In this document: positions 39,472-48,938 of the stretch, piece after piece | How positions within the stretch are numbered: position 1 is the stretch's first letter | Layout: the number at the start of each line of letters is the position of its first letter | Assembly (NCBI GenBank): GCA_963703225.1 | Contig: OY969801.1 | Span: 2,560,001 to 2,624,000 of the forward strand | Direction of reading: 5' to 3' | Length of the DNA stretch: 64,000 nt | Origin: Candidatus Eiseniibacteriota bacterium | GTDB lineage: Bacteria > Eisenbacteria > RBG-16-71-46 > SZUA-252 | Translations under genes and position numbers: made by a program | Notes under the pieces: model-generated | Told to the model about the DNA's origin: nothing | Database searches by the model: none | What the model saw: only the letters and a program-made list of their open reading frames with translations

Positions 39472-40994
39472 GAGGTCTCCTTGAGGGTCTGAAACAAACG
39501 GAGCATCGCTTCCGTGTCGCGTTCACAGTAGGCGAGGAGCCCCTTCCGGAGATTCTCGCGCTCTGCCGGGTGCGTCGATGGATCGGTCATGGCCGAGAAG
39601 GCCAGGGCGGCCTGGCTTCCTTCCCGGATCAGGAGCTTGCTGTAGTCGAGCCCGTCCACGAGGACGGGCAGCACGTCCTTGATCGAGAAAGATCCGTGAA
39701 ATCCGGGATGGTAGTAGTGCTCATGAATCAGCTTGTGGAGATCCACCATGCGCCGCTCGACGAGCGGAAGAAGTCGATCGGCGAGCGCGGGGAGCGCCTC
39801 GGCCAGAGAGCGGATCACCCGAGCCTCGAACTCCGAGTAGACGACGATCGATCCGTCTCCGTCGAGGGCATCGAGCAGCTCCTCAGCGAGCCTTGGCCGG
39901 GGATCGGACCTCTCGGCATGGAGGAAGGCCCGATGGCGTACCGACCCGCTCCGGTCCAGGACGTGGTCGGACCACTGGAACGGCGTCTGCTGAAACGGCC
40001 GCGTCCACGGGATGATCGGGAGCGCGGGGTTACAGGTTTCGAAGTCGAGGAAGTGGACCGGGTGCCGGATCGCTTCGAGGTGGGACTTCAGATCCGGGTG
40101 GGTGAACGGCTCGCCCTTCACGACGCAGTCCCGCACGCGCCTCTGGAGCGCGCTCAAGCCGTCGAAGTCCTCCGGAATGTCCTTGATGTCCTCGATCTCG
40201 GCGCCGAGGAGCGCGTGGTAGACCTTGGGCGAAAGCCTCGGCAAATCGCTCACCCGGTGCTCCGGGCCGTCCCCGTGACAATAGTCGTAGTACGGGCAGA
40301 CGTAGGGCTTCCGGCACTGGGGCCCGACCGCGATCGCGGGCGGCTCGGTTCCTCGCAGCGCCTCGCGCATCGCCTCGATGCTTTCGAGGAGTCTGGGAAT
40401 CGTCGAGCGGGCGTCCTCGGTCAGATCCTGGACCGCGAAGAGCGCGTTCAGATCGTAGTCGCCTCCCGGCCAGAGGTACTGGTTGTTCACGTGGAGCAGG
40501 ACGGCGCGATCAACACGGACGCCGCTTCCCTCCGCGACGTGGACCTGGATCGCGAGGTCCGGCAGGTATTCCTCCTTGAAGCCGGCGCTCGACTTGACCT
40601 CGATCAGATTCCAGGCTCGGGAGCCGGTTCGCGCGAGCACATCGACCCGGACCCGAATCCCGTCGAAGGTGAACGCGGCCTCATAGATCGCCGGCGTCCC
40701 TGGATCGGGGAGCATGGCCGCCGTCTCCCGCACGGCGAGGTCGTGGAGCTTGGGGTCCTCGGTGATGACGACGCCCCCCGGAAACCGCCCGCGGGCGACT
40801 TTCCCCACCTGCCTCCCCGCGTCCAGAATCGCTTGGCGCCCGGGATCCATCTCGTCCCGGTCATCGTGGGCGTAGGTCTCGAGGTAAACCCGCTTCAAGC
40901 ATTGAAGCCCGGCTGTGACCCGGGACTTGGAGAGCGGCTTGATCGTCGTGCGGCGGGCGGACATGAAGTCCCAGAGCGGAATCTGGTTCATCAA
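39468..40994 (-). CDS. DUF2779-type protein: Cas4/RecB-like PD-(D/E)XK nuclease plus RNase H-like DEDD exonuclease domain
   Basis: LSKS...QC, RVDVL...IEVKS, C-x5-C-x5-C, FLDFET, SIKDVLP and YCERD motifs. Confidence 0.8.
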   Translation of the reverse strand: MMNQIPLWDFMSARRTTIKPLSKSRVTAGLQCLKRVYLETYAHDDRDEMDPGRQAILDAGRQVGKVARGRFPGGVVITEDPKLHDLAVRETAAMLPDPGTPAIYEAAFTFDGIRVRVDVLARTGSRAWNLIEVKSSAGFKEEYLPDLAIQVHVAEGSGVRVDRAVLLHVNNQYLWPGGDYDLNALFAVQDLTEDARSTIPRLLESIEAMREALRGTEPPAIAVGPQCRKPYVCPYYDYCHGDGPEHRVSDLPRLSPKVYHALLGAEIEDIKDIPEDFDGLSALQRRVRDCVVKGEPFTHPDLKSHLEAIRHPVHFLDFETCNPALPIIPWTRPFQQTPFQWSDHVLDRSGSVRHRAFLHAERSDPRPRLAEELLDALDGDGSIVVYSEFEARVIRSLAEALPALADRLLPLVERRMVDLHKLIHEHYYHPGFHGSFSIKDVLPVLVDGLDYSKLLIREGSQAALAFSAMTDPSTHPAERENLRKGLLAYCERDTEAMLRLFQTLKETS

Positions 40995-41201
40995 GGGGAA
41001 ACGATATCACAGCCGAGGTAGGGCGGAGGAGGGCTCGGGGGTCATTGCGCCGGGCGCGAACGGACCCGGGCGAACTCGCACGATGCAGGATTGGGCCCGC
41101 CGCGCCGGCTCCCAGATCATACAGGATGGGTCCGCGTTCTGTGGGTTCCCCGAAGAACGATTCCTACACGCGGGGGCGCGCGCCGGCGGTAGGATGAGTC
41201 T

Positions 41202-41801
41202 GTGACCGCGCAAGGAGATCCCATCGCGCTCTTTCAGGAATGGCTCGAGGCCGCGGCCCGGACCGATCTGCCCGAACCCTCGGCCGTCGCCCTCGCGACG
41301 GTCGGCGCCGACGGCAGCCCCTCGGTGCGGATGGTCCTGGCCCGAGGGGTCGACCCACGCGGCGTGGTCTTCTACACCAACGTCGAGAGCAGAAAGGGAC
41401 GGGAGCTCGGCATGGGCCGGGGCGCGGCCGTTCCGGTTTCCCTCTGTTTTTACTGGCCGCCGATGACGCGACAGGTCCGCATGGATGGACTGGCCTCTCC
41501 CGTTTCCGACGCCGAAGCCGATCGATACTGGGCGTCGCGCCCCAGAGCCCACCAAGTCGCCGCTTGGGCTTCGCCGCAGAGCCAGCCGCTTCTCGACGGC
41601 CGCGCCGAGCTGGAGCGGCGATACGCGGAGATGGATCGAAAGCTCCCTCGGGAGCGGGTCCCACGCCCGCCCTTCTGGACCGGATTTCTGGTGGTTCCCC
41701 ACCAGATTGAATTCTGGGAGGGTCGAGAAAACCGGCTCCACGATCGGACGCTCTACCGCCGCGAGGGATCGGGCTGGGTGGCCACCGCCCTCGGTCCCTG
41801 A
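41202..41801 (+). CDS. pdxH: Pyridoxamine 5'-phosphate oxidase
   Basis: LATV, R.VL, FYTN.ESRKG, AWAS.QS and EFWEGR.NRLHDR motifs. Confidence 0.95.
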   Translation: MTAQGDPIALFQEWLEAAARTDLPEPSAVALATVGADGSPSVRMVLARGVDPRGVVFYTNVESRKGRELGMGRGAAVPVSLCFYWPPMTRQVRMDGLASPVSDAEADRYWASRPRAHQVAAWASPQSQPLLDGRAELERRYAEMDRKLPRERVPRPPFWTGFLVVPHQIEFWEGRENRLHDRTLYRREGSGWVATALGP

Positions 41802-41890
41802 CAGCCCTTCCCCTCGGGGGCACCTCGATGTAGCCTCATTGGACTCGGGTCAGTCGACCTCGCTCCACAGAGACAGCAGGAGGTGCTCCC

Positions 41891-43018
41891 ATGGTGCCCG
41901 CCGCCCGGACGTTCCGTCTCCTACTCCCTCTCATGTTCCTGGGGCTCATTCCAAGCGGATGCTCCGACGCGCCGAACCCCCTCGCGCCGACAACCTCGGG
42001 GGACGCCGGCGGGCTCCAAGCGGCAGCCGGCTTGGGCGTCGAGACGATCTTTGGTGAGGAGTTTCGTGACAGTCGGGGGGCCCTGCTCCAGAACATCTGG
42101 CCGAATGACGACGGCCGGTCCTGGACCTACCGAATCGACCAGCGGTTTTGGGACAGGCCCGAGCCACGACTCTACTCGACGCCAGGAGAGGCCCCGCCGG
42201 CGCCGAGCCTGAGCCGGGTCGCGGCGCTCTTGCTCCACCATCCGATCGGCGCGAACCCGATCGCTTCGGCCGCGGGGTACAGGCTGCAGTTCAACGGCAT
42301 GAAGACGACCCTCTCGGGCGCCGTGGGACAGAATCTCGAGGCGACGCTTTTCGATCTGGCGGCGCCGGTGAGTGTCGTTCCCAACCGACTGCCGGCGCCG
42401 GCGTCGCCCGCGCCGCCCGCGGGATTTCTCCACGCGCTCTCCTTGGCGCGGCCCGATCTGGCGGCCAAGATCGCGCAGCGTTGGCCGAGCTCGGTCCGGC
42501 CCAGCGCCGCCAGGGATTTTACCGACGTGGACCCACCGACGTTCCTGTTCGGCTACGCATGGGTCAAGACGCGCGAATTCATCGGCAGCTACGGCGATCT
42601 CAATACGGACATCGCGTGGAAGTACCTCGTGGCGAACCTTCGCCCGGGAAGCACGTTCCATATGCAGCTCGTTCCCGACCTCGCCGACGACGTCTTCCTC
42701 CACGCGCGGGTGCTCCCGGATCGTTCTGCCGGCATGGCAAGAGTGATACGTCGGGGCGCCGTCGAGGTGCTCTACGTCATCGATTTCGGGGCGAGCGTGG
42801 CGACGGACGTCGACGGCAACGTCTTGGGGTCCTCCCGAATGTACTCGTACGGGACGATCACCTATGTCCCCTACGTGGGCCCGGTCGCGGGCTACGAGCG
42901 CGCCCTCGTGCAGGCGGGGCGCCCCCTCGATCCGGGTGTGCTCGATCTCACGATCCGCCTCACGGCGACCGAGCCGGGAGGCGCGGCTAATTTGGCTTCG
43001 ACCGCGGCGGCCGAGTAG
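41891..43018 (+). CDS. Hypothetical lipoprotein
   Basis: GGAGG ribosome-binding site, lipobox-like LIPSG-C and normal codon usage; no family recognised. Confidence 0.65.
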   Translation: MVPAARTFRLLLPLMFLGLIPSGCSDAPNPLAPTTSGDAGGLQAAAGLGVETIFGEEFRDSRGALLQNIWPNDDGRSWTYRIDQRFWDRPEPRLYSTPGEAPPAPSLSRVAALLLHHPIGANPIASAAGYRLQFNGMKTTLSGAVGQNLEATLFDLAAPVSVVPNRLPAPASPAPPAGFLHALSLARPDLAAKIAQRWPSSVRPSAARDFTDVDPPTFLFGYAWVKTREFIGSYGDLNTDIAWKYLVANLRPGSTFHMQLVPDLADDVFLHARVLPDRSAGMARVIRRGAVEVLYVIDFGASVATDVDGNVLGSSRMYSYGTITYVPYVGPVAGYERALVQAGRPLDPGVLDLTIRLTATEPGGAANLASTAAAE

Positions 43019-43092
43019 CGAGCCTTCCACCGGCTCCGTAGGTCGTCCACACCGTGACTCTCGGTCACGGTATGCGGCACACTTTCCGCGGC

Positions 43093-43121
43093 TGGACTAG
43101 GCCATAACTTATTATATAATA
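43093..43121 (+). promoter_or_regulatory. AT-rich promoter with palindrome
   Basis: TGGACT-16 nt-TATAAT; perfect 12-bp palindrome TATTATATAATA at 43110-43121. Confidence 0.5.
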
Positions 43122-43220
43122 GCAGTTTATTCGAATATTCCGCCCCCGGCACACCCGTTGCTCTTACCCGCTCTGAAGGCACGGGGAGTCCCCCCCAATC
43201 GCCGGAAAGGAGCGGTCCCA

Positions 43221-43859
43221 ATGAACGCGAATTGGACGTCAAAGAGAGTCACGGTACTCGTGGGCCTGCTCAGCGCCATCATGCTGCTGGGCGGCGCCAG
43301 CTCAGCCCAGGCTGAACAAGGAAAGTGGTGGAACCCCAAGGAGGGTGGGCAGCGCCCCGCGCGGCGTGAAGCGTACCGCGCCCCCGCGCGGCATGACTCG
43401 TATCGGGCCCCCACGTGGCGCGCGCCGCGGTACGTCGGCCCAGGGCAGCGTTATTCCCGCTCCTGGCGCGGCTACCGCGTCTACCGCGATCGCGTTTGGG
43501 TAGGACCGGGTTGGGGCTATCACGGCCGACCGGCCTATGGATGGCGGTATTACCGCGCGCCGGTTTACTACTACCCTCAGCGGACTTGCTACGTCCGCCC
43601 GCTCCGGTTCTTCATCTCGGCCGGCGCGGTCATTGGAGGCGTGAGCGTTCATGCCGAATATGCCGATCCGGGTGACCTCTACGGCTGCAATTTCTGTGAC
43701 GCGCGGTTTACCAGCTACCACGCCTACGAGGCGCACGTCGCGCACTGCTCGCATGCGCCCGATGGATATCGGGTCGTGGCGCACGATTGGGATTCCGGAG
43801 CTTGGGACAACAGCGGTGGGCGGGACGAGCAGAACTGGAGCTACGAAGACGAAGACTGA
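43221..43859 (+). CDS. Secreted R/Y/G/W-rich hypothetical protein with a C2H2-like zinc finger
   Basis: AAAGGAG ribosome-binding site, signal peptide AQA-E and the motif YGCNFCDARFTSYHAYEAHVAHCSH. Confidence 0.7.
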   Translation: MNANWTSKRVTVLVGLLSAIMLLGGASSAQAEQGKWWNPKEGGQRPARREAYRAPARHDSYRAPTWRAPRYVGPGQRYSRSWRGYRVYRDRVWVGPGWGYHGRPAYGWRYYRAPVYYYPQRTCYVRPLRFFISAGAVIGGVSVHAEYADPGDLYGCNFCDARFTSYHAYEAHVAHCSHAPDGYRVVAHDWDSGAWDNSGGRDEQNWSYEDED

Positions 43860-43913
43860 TTGAGATCGCGGTCCGGGCGCCGGTCCAAAGGCGCCCGCGA
43901 AGCCACCCCCCGG

Positions 43914-43950
43914 AGCCGGCGCGACACCCACGTCGCGCCGGCTGCTTTGT
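43914..43950 (+). terminator. Probable intrinsic terminator
   Basis: 12-bp perfect stem AGCCGGCGCGAC/GTCGCGCCGGCT followed by GCTTTGTCTT. Confidence 0.55.
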
Positions 43951-43998
43951 CTTCCCCGGTGTGGTAGGCTTTGCGGGGTTTTCGGCGTCTTGAAATCG

Positions 43999-44775
43999 AT
44001 GGAGCGGCTCTCAGGAACGACCGCGTTGACGCGAACGAACGAAGCGATCGCGAAGGATGGATTTGGGGCGACGGACCGCCGGGACGCCTGGTGGGTCGCG
44101 CCGTTCGCGGTGGCCGCCGCGCTAGGCATATTGGGGCTCTATCTCACCTGGGCCGCGGCGCAGAACGCGCATTTCCGCTTCGGCGGATACCTCTCGCCCG
44201 TCTATTCCCCCGAAATCCACCCCGGCTGGTGGCCGCTCTCGCCCGCGTTCTTGATCCTGATCCCGCCGCTCCTGTTTCGAACGACCTGCTACTACTATCG
44301 AAAGGCCTACTATCGCGCATTCTTCTGGGACCCGCCCGCGTGCGGCGTGGGCGAGATGAAGCGGAAGTACACGGGCGAGGTAAAATTTCCGTTCCTGCTC
44401 CAGAACATGCACCGTTTCGCCCTCTACCTGGCGATCTTCTGGCTCATCTTCCTCTGGCGGGATGTCTGGGACGCGTTTCATTTCGACGGCCGGATGGGGA
44501 TCGGCCTCGGCTCGCTCGCGGTGCTCGCGAGCACGGGGACGCTCACCCTCTACACCACGTCGTGCCACTCCTGGCGCCACCTCGTCGGCGGGAACCTCGA
44601 CTGCTTCTCGTGCTCCGCTTCCTCGCGGGCGCGCCATGGGATCTGGCAGCGGGTCACCGGCCTGAACGAGCGGCATCAGCTCTACGCATGGGTCTCTCTT
44701 TTCGCCGTGACCGGAGCCGACGTCTACATCCGTCTCCTTTCGATGGGCATCCTTCATGACCTGAGATTCCTGTGA
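43999..44775 (+). CDS. Succinate dehydrogenase membrane anchor, actinobacterial Sdh1 (Rv0249c-like) type
   Basis: YLSP.YSP, FR.TCYYYRKAYYRAF, FP...QN.HR and SCHSWRHLVGG motifs; upstream of sdhA. Confidence 0.85.
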   Translation: MERLSGTTALTRTNEAIAKDGFGATDRRDAWWVAPFAVAAALGILGLYLTWAAAQNAHFRFGGYLSPVYSPEIHPGWWPLSPAFLILIPPLLFRTTCYYYRKAYYRAFFWDPPACGVGEMKRKYTGEVKFPFLLQNMHRFALYLAIFWLIFLWRDVWDAFHFDGRMGIGLGSLAVLASTGTLTLYTTSCHSWRHLVGGNLDCFSCSASSRARHGIWQRVTGLNERHQLYAWVSLFAVTGADVYIRLLSMGILHDLRFL

Positions 44776-46505
44776 GCCCGTTCAAGACCCACGATTTCGA
44801 CGTCTTGGTCATCGGCGCGGGCGGCGCGGGGCTTCGCGCCGCGATCGAGGCATCGGCGGCGGGAGCCAAAGTCGCCGTCGTGTGCAAGTCCCTCCTCGGG
44901 AAGGCCCACACGGTGATGGCCGAGGGAGGCGTCGCCGCGGCGCTGGCGCACGTCGACTCCAAAGACTCCTGGAAGGTCCACTTCCGCGACACGATGCTGG
45001 GCGGAAAGATGCTCAACCACTGGCGCATGGCGCAGCTCCACGCGCAGGAGGCCCCCGACCGCGTCCGCGAGCTCGAAGAATGGGGCGCCGTCTTCGACCG
45101 GACCCCGGACGGCCGGATCTTGCAGAGGAATTTCGGCGGCCACAGCGCGCCGCGCCTCGCCCACGTGGGAGACCGGACCGGCCTCGAGATGATCCGCACG
45201 CTGCAAGACCACGGAGTCCACCAGGGCCTCGAGGTCTTCATGGAGTGCACCGTCACGAGGCTCTTCACCGACGCCGGCCGCGTCGTCGGTGCCTTCGCCT
45301 ACTGGCGGGACACCGGACGGTTCGTGGTGTTCCGCGCGAAAGCGATCGTCCTGGCGACAGGGGGGATCGGGAAGGCCTACCGGGTCACGTCCAATTCCTG
45401 GGAATACACGGGGGACGGCCACGCGCTGGCGTATGAGGCGGGCGCCGAGCTCATCGACATGGAATTCGTGCAATTCCACCCCACGGGAATGGTCTGGCCG
45501 CCGGGCGTCCAGGGCCTTCTGGTGACGGAGGCCGTGCGCGGCGAGGGCGGCCTCCTCCGAAACTCGAAGAACGAACGCTTCATGGAACGCTACGACCCCA
45601 AGCGGATGGAGCTCTCGACGCGCGACTTGGTCGCGCGCGCGATCTACACCGAGGTGAAGGAAGGCCGCGGGTCGCCCCACGGCGGCGCGTTCCTCGACAT
45701 CTCGCACAAGCAAGCGGAGTACGTGAAGAAGAAGCTCCCGTCCATGTACCACCAGTTCATGGAGCTGGCGGACGTCGACATCACCCGAACGCCGATGGAG
45801 GTGGGCCCCACGGCCCACTACATCATGGGTGGCGTGCGCGTCGATCCCGACACAGGGGCGGCCACGGTTCCCGGGCTCTACGCGGCCGGGGAGACGTCGG
45901 GCGGGATGCACGGCGCGAACCGACTCGGAGGAAATTCCCTCTCCGATCTCCTGGTCTTTGGCCGCCGCGCCGGCCGGGGAGCCGCCGATGGCGCGAAGAA
46001 GGTCCCGGGGCACTCGACGATCGATCCCGAGCTGTTGAGGGCCGCGGAACGCGAGATGCTCGCTCCCTTCGAGCGGACCGGGGGCCCTACCCCGTACGAC
46101 CTCCACGCAAAGCTCCAAGCGACGATGGAGTCGTTGGTCGGAATCTTCCGGGTCGAGAGTGATCTGGAGAAGGCGATTCAGGAGCTCGGCGCGCTGGAGC
46201 GGGAAGCGGCGCGGGTGGCCGTCACGGGCGCCCGGGAGTTCAACCCCGGCTGGCACCTGGCGCGGGACCTCCGCTCTATGCTCCTCTGCAGCCAGGCGGT
46301 CGCGCGAAGCGCCCTCCTCCGCAAGGAGAGCCGGGGCGGCCACGCGCGCCTCGACTACCCGAATCTCGATCCCGAACTCAGCAAGAAGAACTCCGTGGTG
46401 AGGCGCGATGGAGACTCGATGAGCGTGACCCAGGCGCCGCTCCCCGAGATGCCCGCGGAGCTTCGATCGATCGTGGAAGCCGAGCTCGAAGCGGTGAAGG
46501 TCTGA
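44772..46505 (+). CDS. sdhA: Succinate dehydrogenase/fumarate reductase flavoprotein
   Basis: IGAGGAG, GKAHTVMAEGG (FAD His), QFHPTG, HYIMGG, HGANRLGGNSL and RKESRGGH motifs. Confidence 0.95.
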   Translation: MSPFKTHDFDVLVIGAGGAGLRAAIEASAAGAKVAVVCKSLLGKAHTVMAEGGVAAALAHVDSKDSWKVHFRDTMLGGKMLNHWRMAQLHAQEAPDRVRELEEWGAVFDRTPDGRILQRNFGGHSAPRLAHVGDRTGLEMIRTLQDHGVHQGLEVFMECTVTRLFTDAGRVVGAFAYWRDTGRFVVFRAKAIVLATGGIGKAYRVTSNSWEYTGDGHALAYEAGAELIDMEFVQFHPTGMVWPPGVQGLLVTEAVRGEGGLLRNSKNERFMERYDPKRMELSTRDLVARAIYTEVKEGRGSPHGGAFLDISHKQAEYVKKKLPSMYHQFMELADVDITRTPMEVGPTAHYIMGGVRVDPDTGAATVPGLYAAGETSGGMHGANRLGGNSLSDLLVFGRRAGRGAADGAKKVPGHSTIDPELLRAAEREMLAPFERTGGPTPYDLHAKLQATMESLVGIFRVESDLEKAIQELGALEREAARVAVTGAREFNPGWHLARDLRSMLLCSQAVARSALLRKESRGGHARLDYPNLDPELSKKNSVVRRDGDSMSVTQAPLPEMPAELRSIVEAELEAVKV

Positions 46506-46515
46506 GGGAGGATCG

Positions 46516-47256
46516 ATGAAGGAGGCCGTCTTCCACGTCTTTCGAGGAAACGCCGAGGCCGGATCGATGCAGGAGTACAAGGTGGCCGTCGAGGAGGGGA
46601 TGGTGGTCCTCGACGCGGTCCACCGCATCCAGGCCCAAGCCGCCCCCGACCTCGCGGTGCGGTGGAATTGCAAGGCGGCCAAGTGTGGCTCGTGCAGCGC
46701 CGAGGTGAACGGCAGGCCCAAGCTCATGTGTAAGGCCCGGCTCGACTCGCTCCCCTTGGACCAGCCGATCACCGTGAAGCCGATGAAGTCCTTCCCCCTG
46801 ATCAAGGACCTCGTGACCGACGTGAGCTGGAATTACGAGGTCAACAAGAAGATCCCCCCGTTCACGCCCAAGAAGAACGCCGAGTGGCGCTGGAAGCAGG
46901 AGGACATCGATCGCGTCCAGGAGTACCGGAAGTGCATCGAGTGTTTCCTCTGCCAGAACGTCTGCCATGTCCTCCGCGAGCACGGCGAGAAGGCCCATTT
47001 CGCGGGACCGCGGTTCTTCGTGCGGGTGGCGGGCCTGGAGACCCACCCCATGGACGCCCTGAACCGGACCAAGCTGCTGAAGGAGACGATGGGGATCGGC
47101 TACTGCAACATTACCAAGTGCTGCACCGAGGTCTGCCCCGAAGACATCAACATCACCGACAACGCCATCATTCCCCTCAAAGAACGGGTCGTGGACGACC
47201 ATTACGACCCCGTGCTCAAGATATTCCGCCTGGTGACGGGCAAGAAGGAGCCTTGA
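46516..47256 (+). CDS. sdhB: Succinate dehydrogenase iron-sulfur subunit
   Basis: CKAAKCGSC...C, CIECFLCQNVC and CNITKCCTEVCP motifs. Confidence 0.95.
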   Translation: MKEAVFHVFRGNAEAGSMQEYKVAVEEGMVVLDAVHRIQAQAAPDLAVRWNCKAAKCGSCSAEVNGRPKLMCKARLDSLPLDQPITVKPMKSFPLIKDLVTDVSWNYEVNKKIPPFTPKKNAEWRWKQEDIDRVQEYRKCIECFLCQNVCHVLREHGEKAHFAGPRFFVRVAGLETHPMDALNRTKLLKETMGIGYCNITKCCTEVCPEDINITDNAIIPLKERVVDDHYDPVLKIFRLVTGKKEP

Positions 47257-48437
47257 GCCCGCGTCACGCCCTTCCGCTGGCCGTTTGCCTCCTCCTCCTG
47301 GCCTCCTGCGACAGCAACGAATCGAGCCCCGCCACGATGCGCCCGCCGGCAGCGCCGTCGGGATATCTGGCCCAGCGGATCGCCACCGGGCTTTCCCAGC
47401 CGGTGGATCTCGCCGCGCCCCCGGGTGATACCGCCAGGGTTTTCATCGTGGAAAAGACGGGGACGATCCGGATCGTAAAGAGCGGACAGCTGCTGGCCCG
47501 TCCTTTCCTGAACATCGGAGCCTCGGTCAGCGCGGGCTCGGAGCAGGGGCTTCTCGGCCTTGCGTTTCATCCTCAGTACTCCACCAACGGGAAATTCTAC
47601 GTGGACTACACCGACCGGGCAGGCGACACGCGCGTGGTGGAATACGTGGTCTCCTCCGATCCCGACACGGCTTCGGCCACGTCGCGCGAGATTCTCTTCG
47701 TCGATCAGCCGTTTCCCAACCACAACGGCGGCCAGCTCGCGTTTGGGCCGGATGGATTCCTCTACATCGCGCTCGGCGACGGCGGGGACGCCGGCGACCC
47801 TCGGGGAAACGGACAGAATCTGAACGCGCTCCTCGGAAAGATACTGAGGCTCGACGTCGATTCGGGGTCGCCTTATGCGATCCCGGCGAGCAATCCATTC
47901 GTGGGACAGGCCGGGCGACGCGGGGAGATCTGGTCGTACGGCTTACGGAACCCGTGGCGGTTCAGCTTCGACCGCGGAAACGGCGACATGTACATCGCCG
48001 ACGTCGGACAGAGCGCCTGGGAAGAAGTGGATTACGAGCCCTCCACCACCGGCGGTCGAAACTACGGCTGGAACAAAATGGAAGGTCGCCACTGCTATCC
48101 TCCCAATGCCGCGTGCAGCTCGCTCGGAATCACGCTCCCGGTCACGGAGTACAACCACTCGGCGGGCTGCTCGGTGACGGGCGGCTGTGTCTACCGCGGC
48201 GCGCTGATCCCGGAGCTCCAGGGCACCTACTTCTACGGCGATTACTGCACTGGGCTGATCCGGAGCTTCAAGATCCAAAACGGCCTCGCGACCGAGGAGA
48301 TGGATTGGACGGGGGTGCTCCGCACCCAGGCGGGCGGCGCGATGAGCGGGCTGTCGTCCTTCGGGCTCGACGGCGCGGGGGAGCTTTGCCTTGTCCTTCT
48401 GGCTGGAGAGGTTTACCGGCTGGTCAAGAGTCCGTAG
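47253..48437 (+). CDS. PQQ-dependent glucose/sorbosone dehydrogenase-family lipoprotein
   Basis: Lipobox LLAS-C; EQGLLGLAFHP, NHNGGQLAFGPDG, GKILR.D and YGLRNPWR motifs. Confidence 0.88.
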   Translation: MSPRHALPLAVCLLLLASCDSNESSPATMRPPAAPSGYLAQRIATGLSQPVDLAAPPGDTARVFIVEKTGTIRIVKSGQLLARPFLNIGASVSAGSEQGLLGLAFHPQYSTNGKFYVDYTDRAGDTRVVEYVVSSDPDTASATSREILFVDQPFPNHNGGQLAFGPDGFLYIALGDGGDAGDPRGNGQNLNALLGKILRLDVDSGSPYAIPASNPFVGQAGRRGEIWSYGLRNPWRFSFDRGNGDMYIADVGQSAWEEVDYEPSTTGGRNYGWNKMEGRHCYPPNAACSSLGITLPVTEYNHSAGCSVTGGCVYRGALIPELQGTYFYGDYCTGLIRSFKIQNGLATEEMDWTGVLRTQAGGAMSGLSSFGLDGAGELCLVLLAGEVYRLVKSP

Positions 48438-48440
48438 AGG

Positions 48441-48938
48441 CTACCCGTCGCCACCGACAGCTCGGCTCCTTCGCTCGAGCAGCAGCACGTCCCGCCAAAC
48501 CCCGTTCATCCTTCCGATCCGCTCCCGCCGCCCGACGTCCCGGAATCCACACCGCCGATGCAGCGCGAGGCTCGCTTGATTCTCCGGAAAGATTCCGGCC
48601 TGCAGCGTCCAGATGCCGGCGCGCTCGGAGGCTTCCACGAGGGCCTGAAGCAGGCTCTGGCCCACGCCCTTCCCGCGCGCCGCGGCCGCGACGTAGATGC
48701 TCAGGTCCCCCACGCCTTCGTAGACGCACCGGCCGGAGACCGGCGTGACGGCGGCCCATCCAAGGATGCCTCCCCGTCCGTCCCGGGCGACGAGGCGCGG
48801 CTCGCTCCGGTGCGCCGCGTCCCACGCCTCCCAGCTGGGAGCATCCACCTCGAACGTGGCGTTTCCGGTCGCGATCCCCTCGACATAGATCGCCCGGACC
48901 TGCGCCCAGTCGGCAGGTTGCATCGGCTCGATCCGCAT
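48441..48938 (-). CDS. GNAT N-acetyltransferase (phosphinothricin/YncA/ArsN1-like)
   Basis: IY.EGI..G.ATFE, VSGRCVY.GV, ARGKGVG and IFPEN.AS..LH...GF motifs. Confidence 0.88.
   Translation of the reverse strand: MRIEPMQPADWAQVRAIYVEGIATGNATFEVDAPSWEAWDAAHRSEPRLVARDGRGGILGWAAVTPVSGRCVYEGVGDLSIYVAAAARGKGVGQSLLQALVEASERAGIWTLQAGIFPENQASLALHRRCGFRDVGRRERIGRMNGVWRDVLLLERRSRAVGGDG

Noticed and set aside
43097..43130. dif/Xer site in the AT-rich patch
   Set aside because: There is no TTATGTTAAAT-like XerD arm at a 6-bp spacing.
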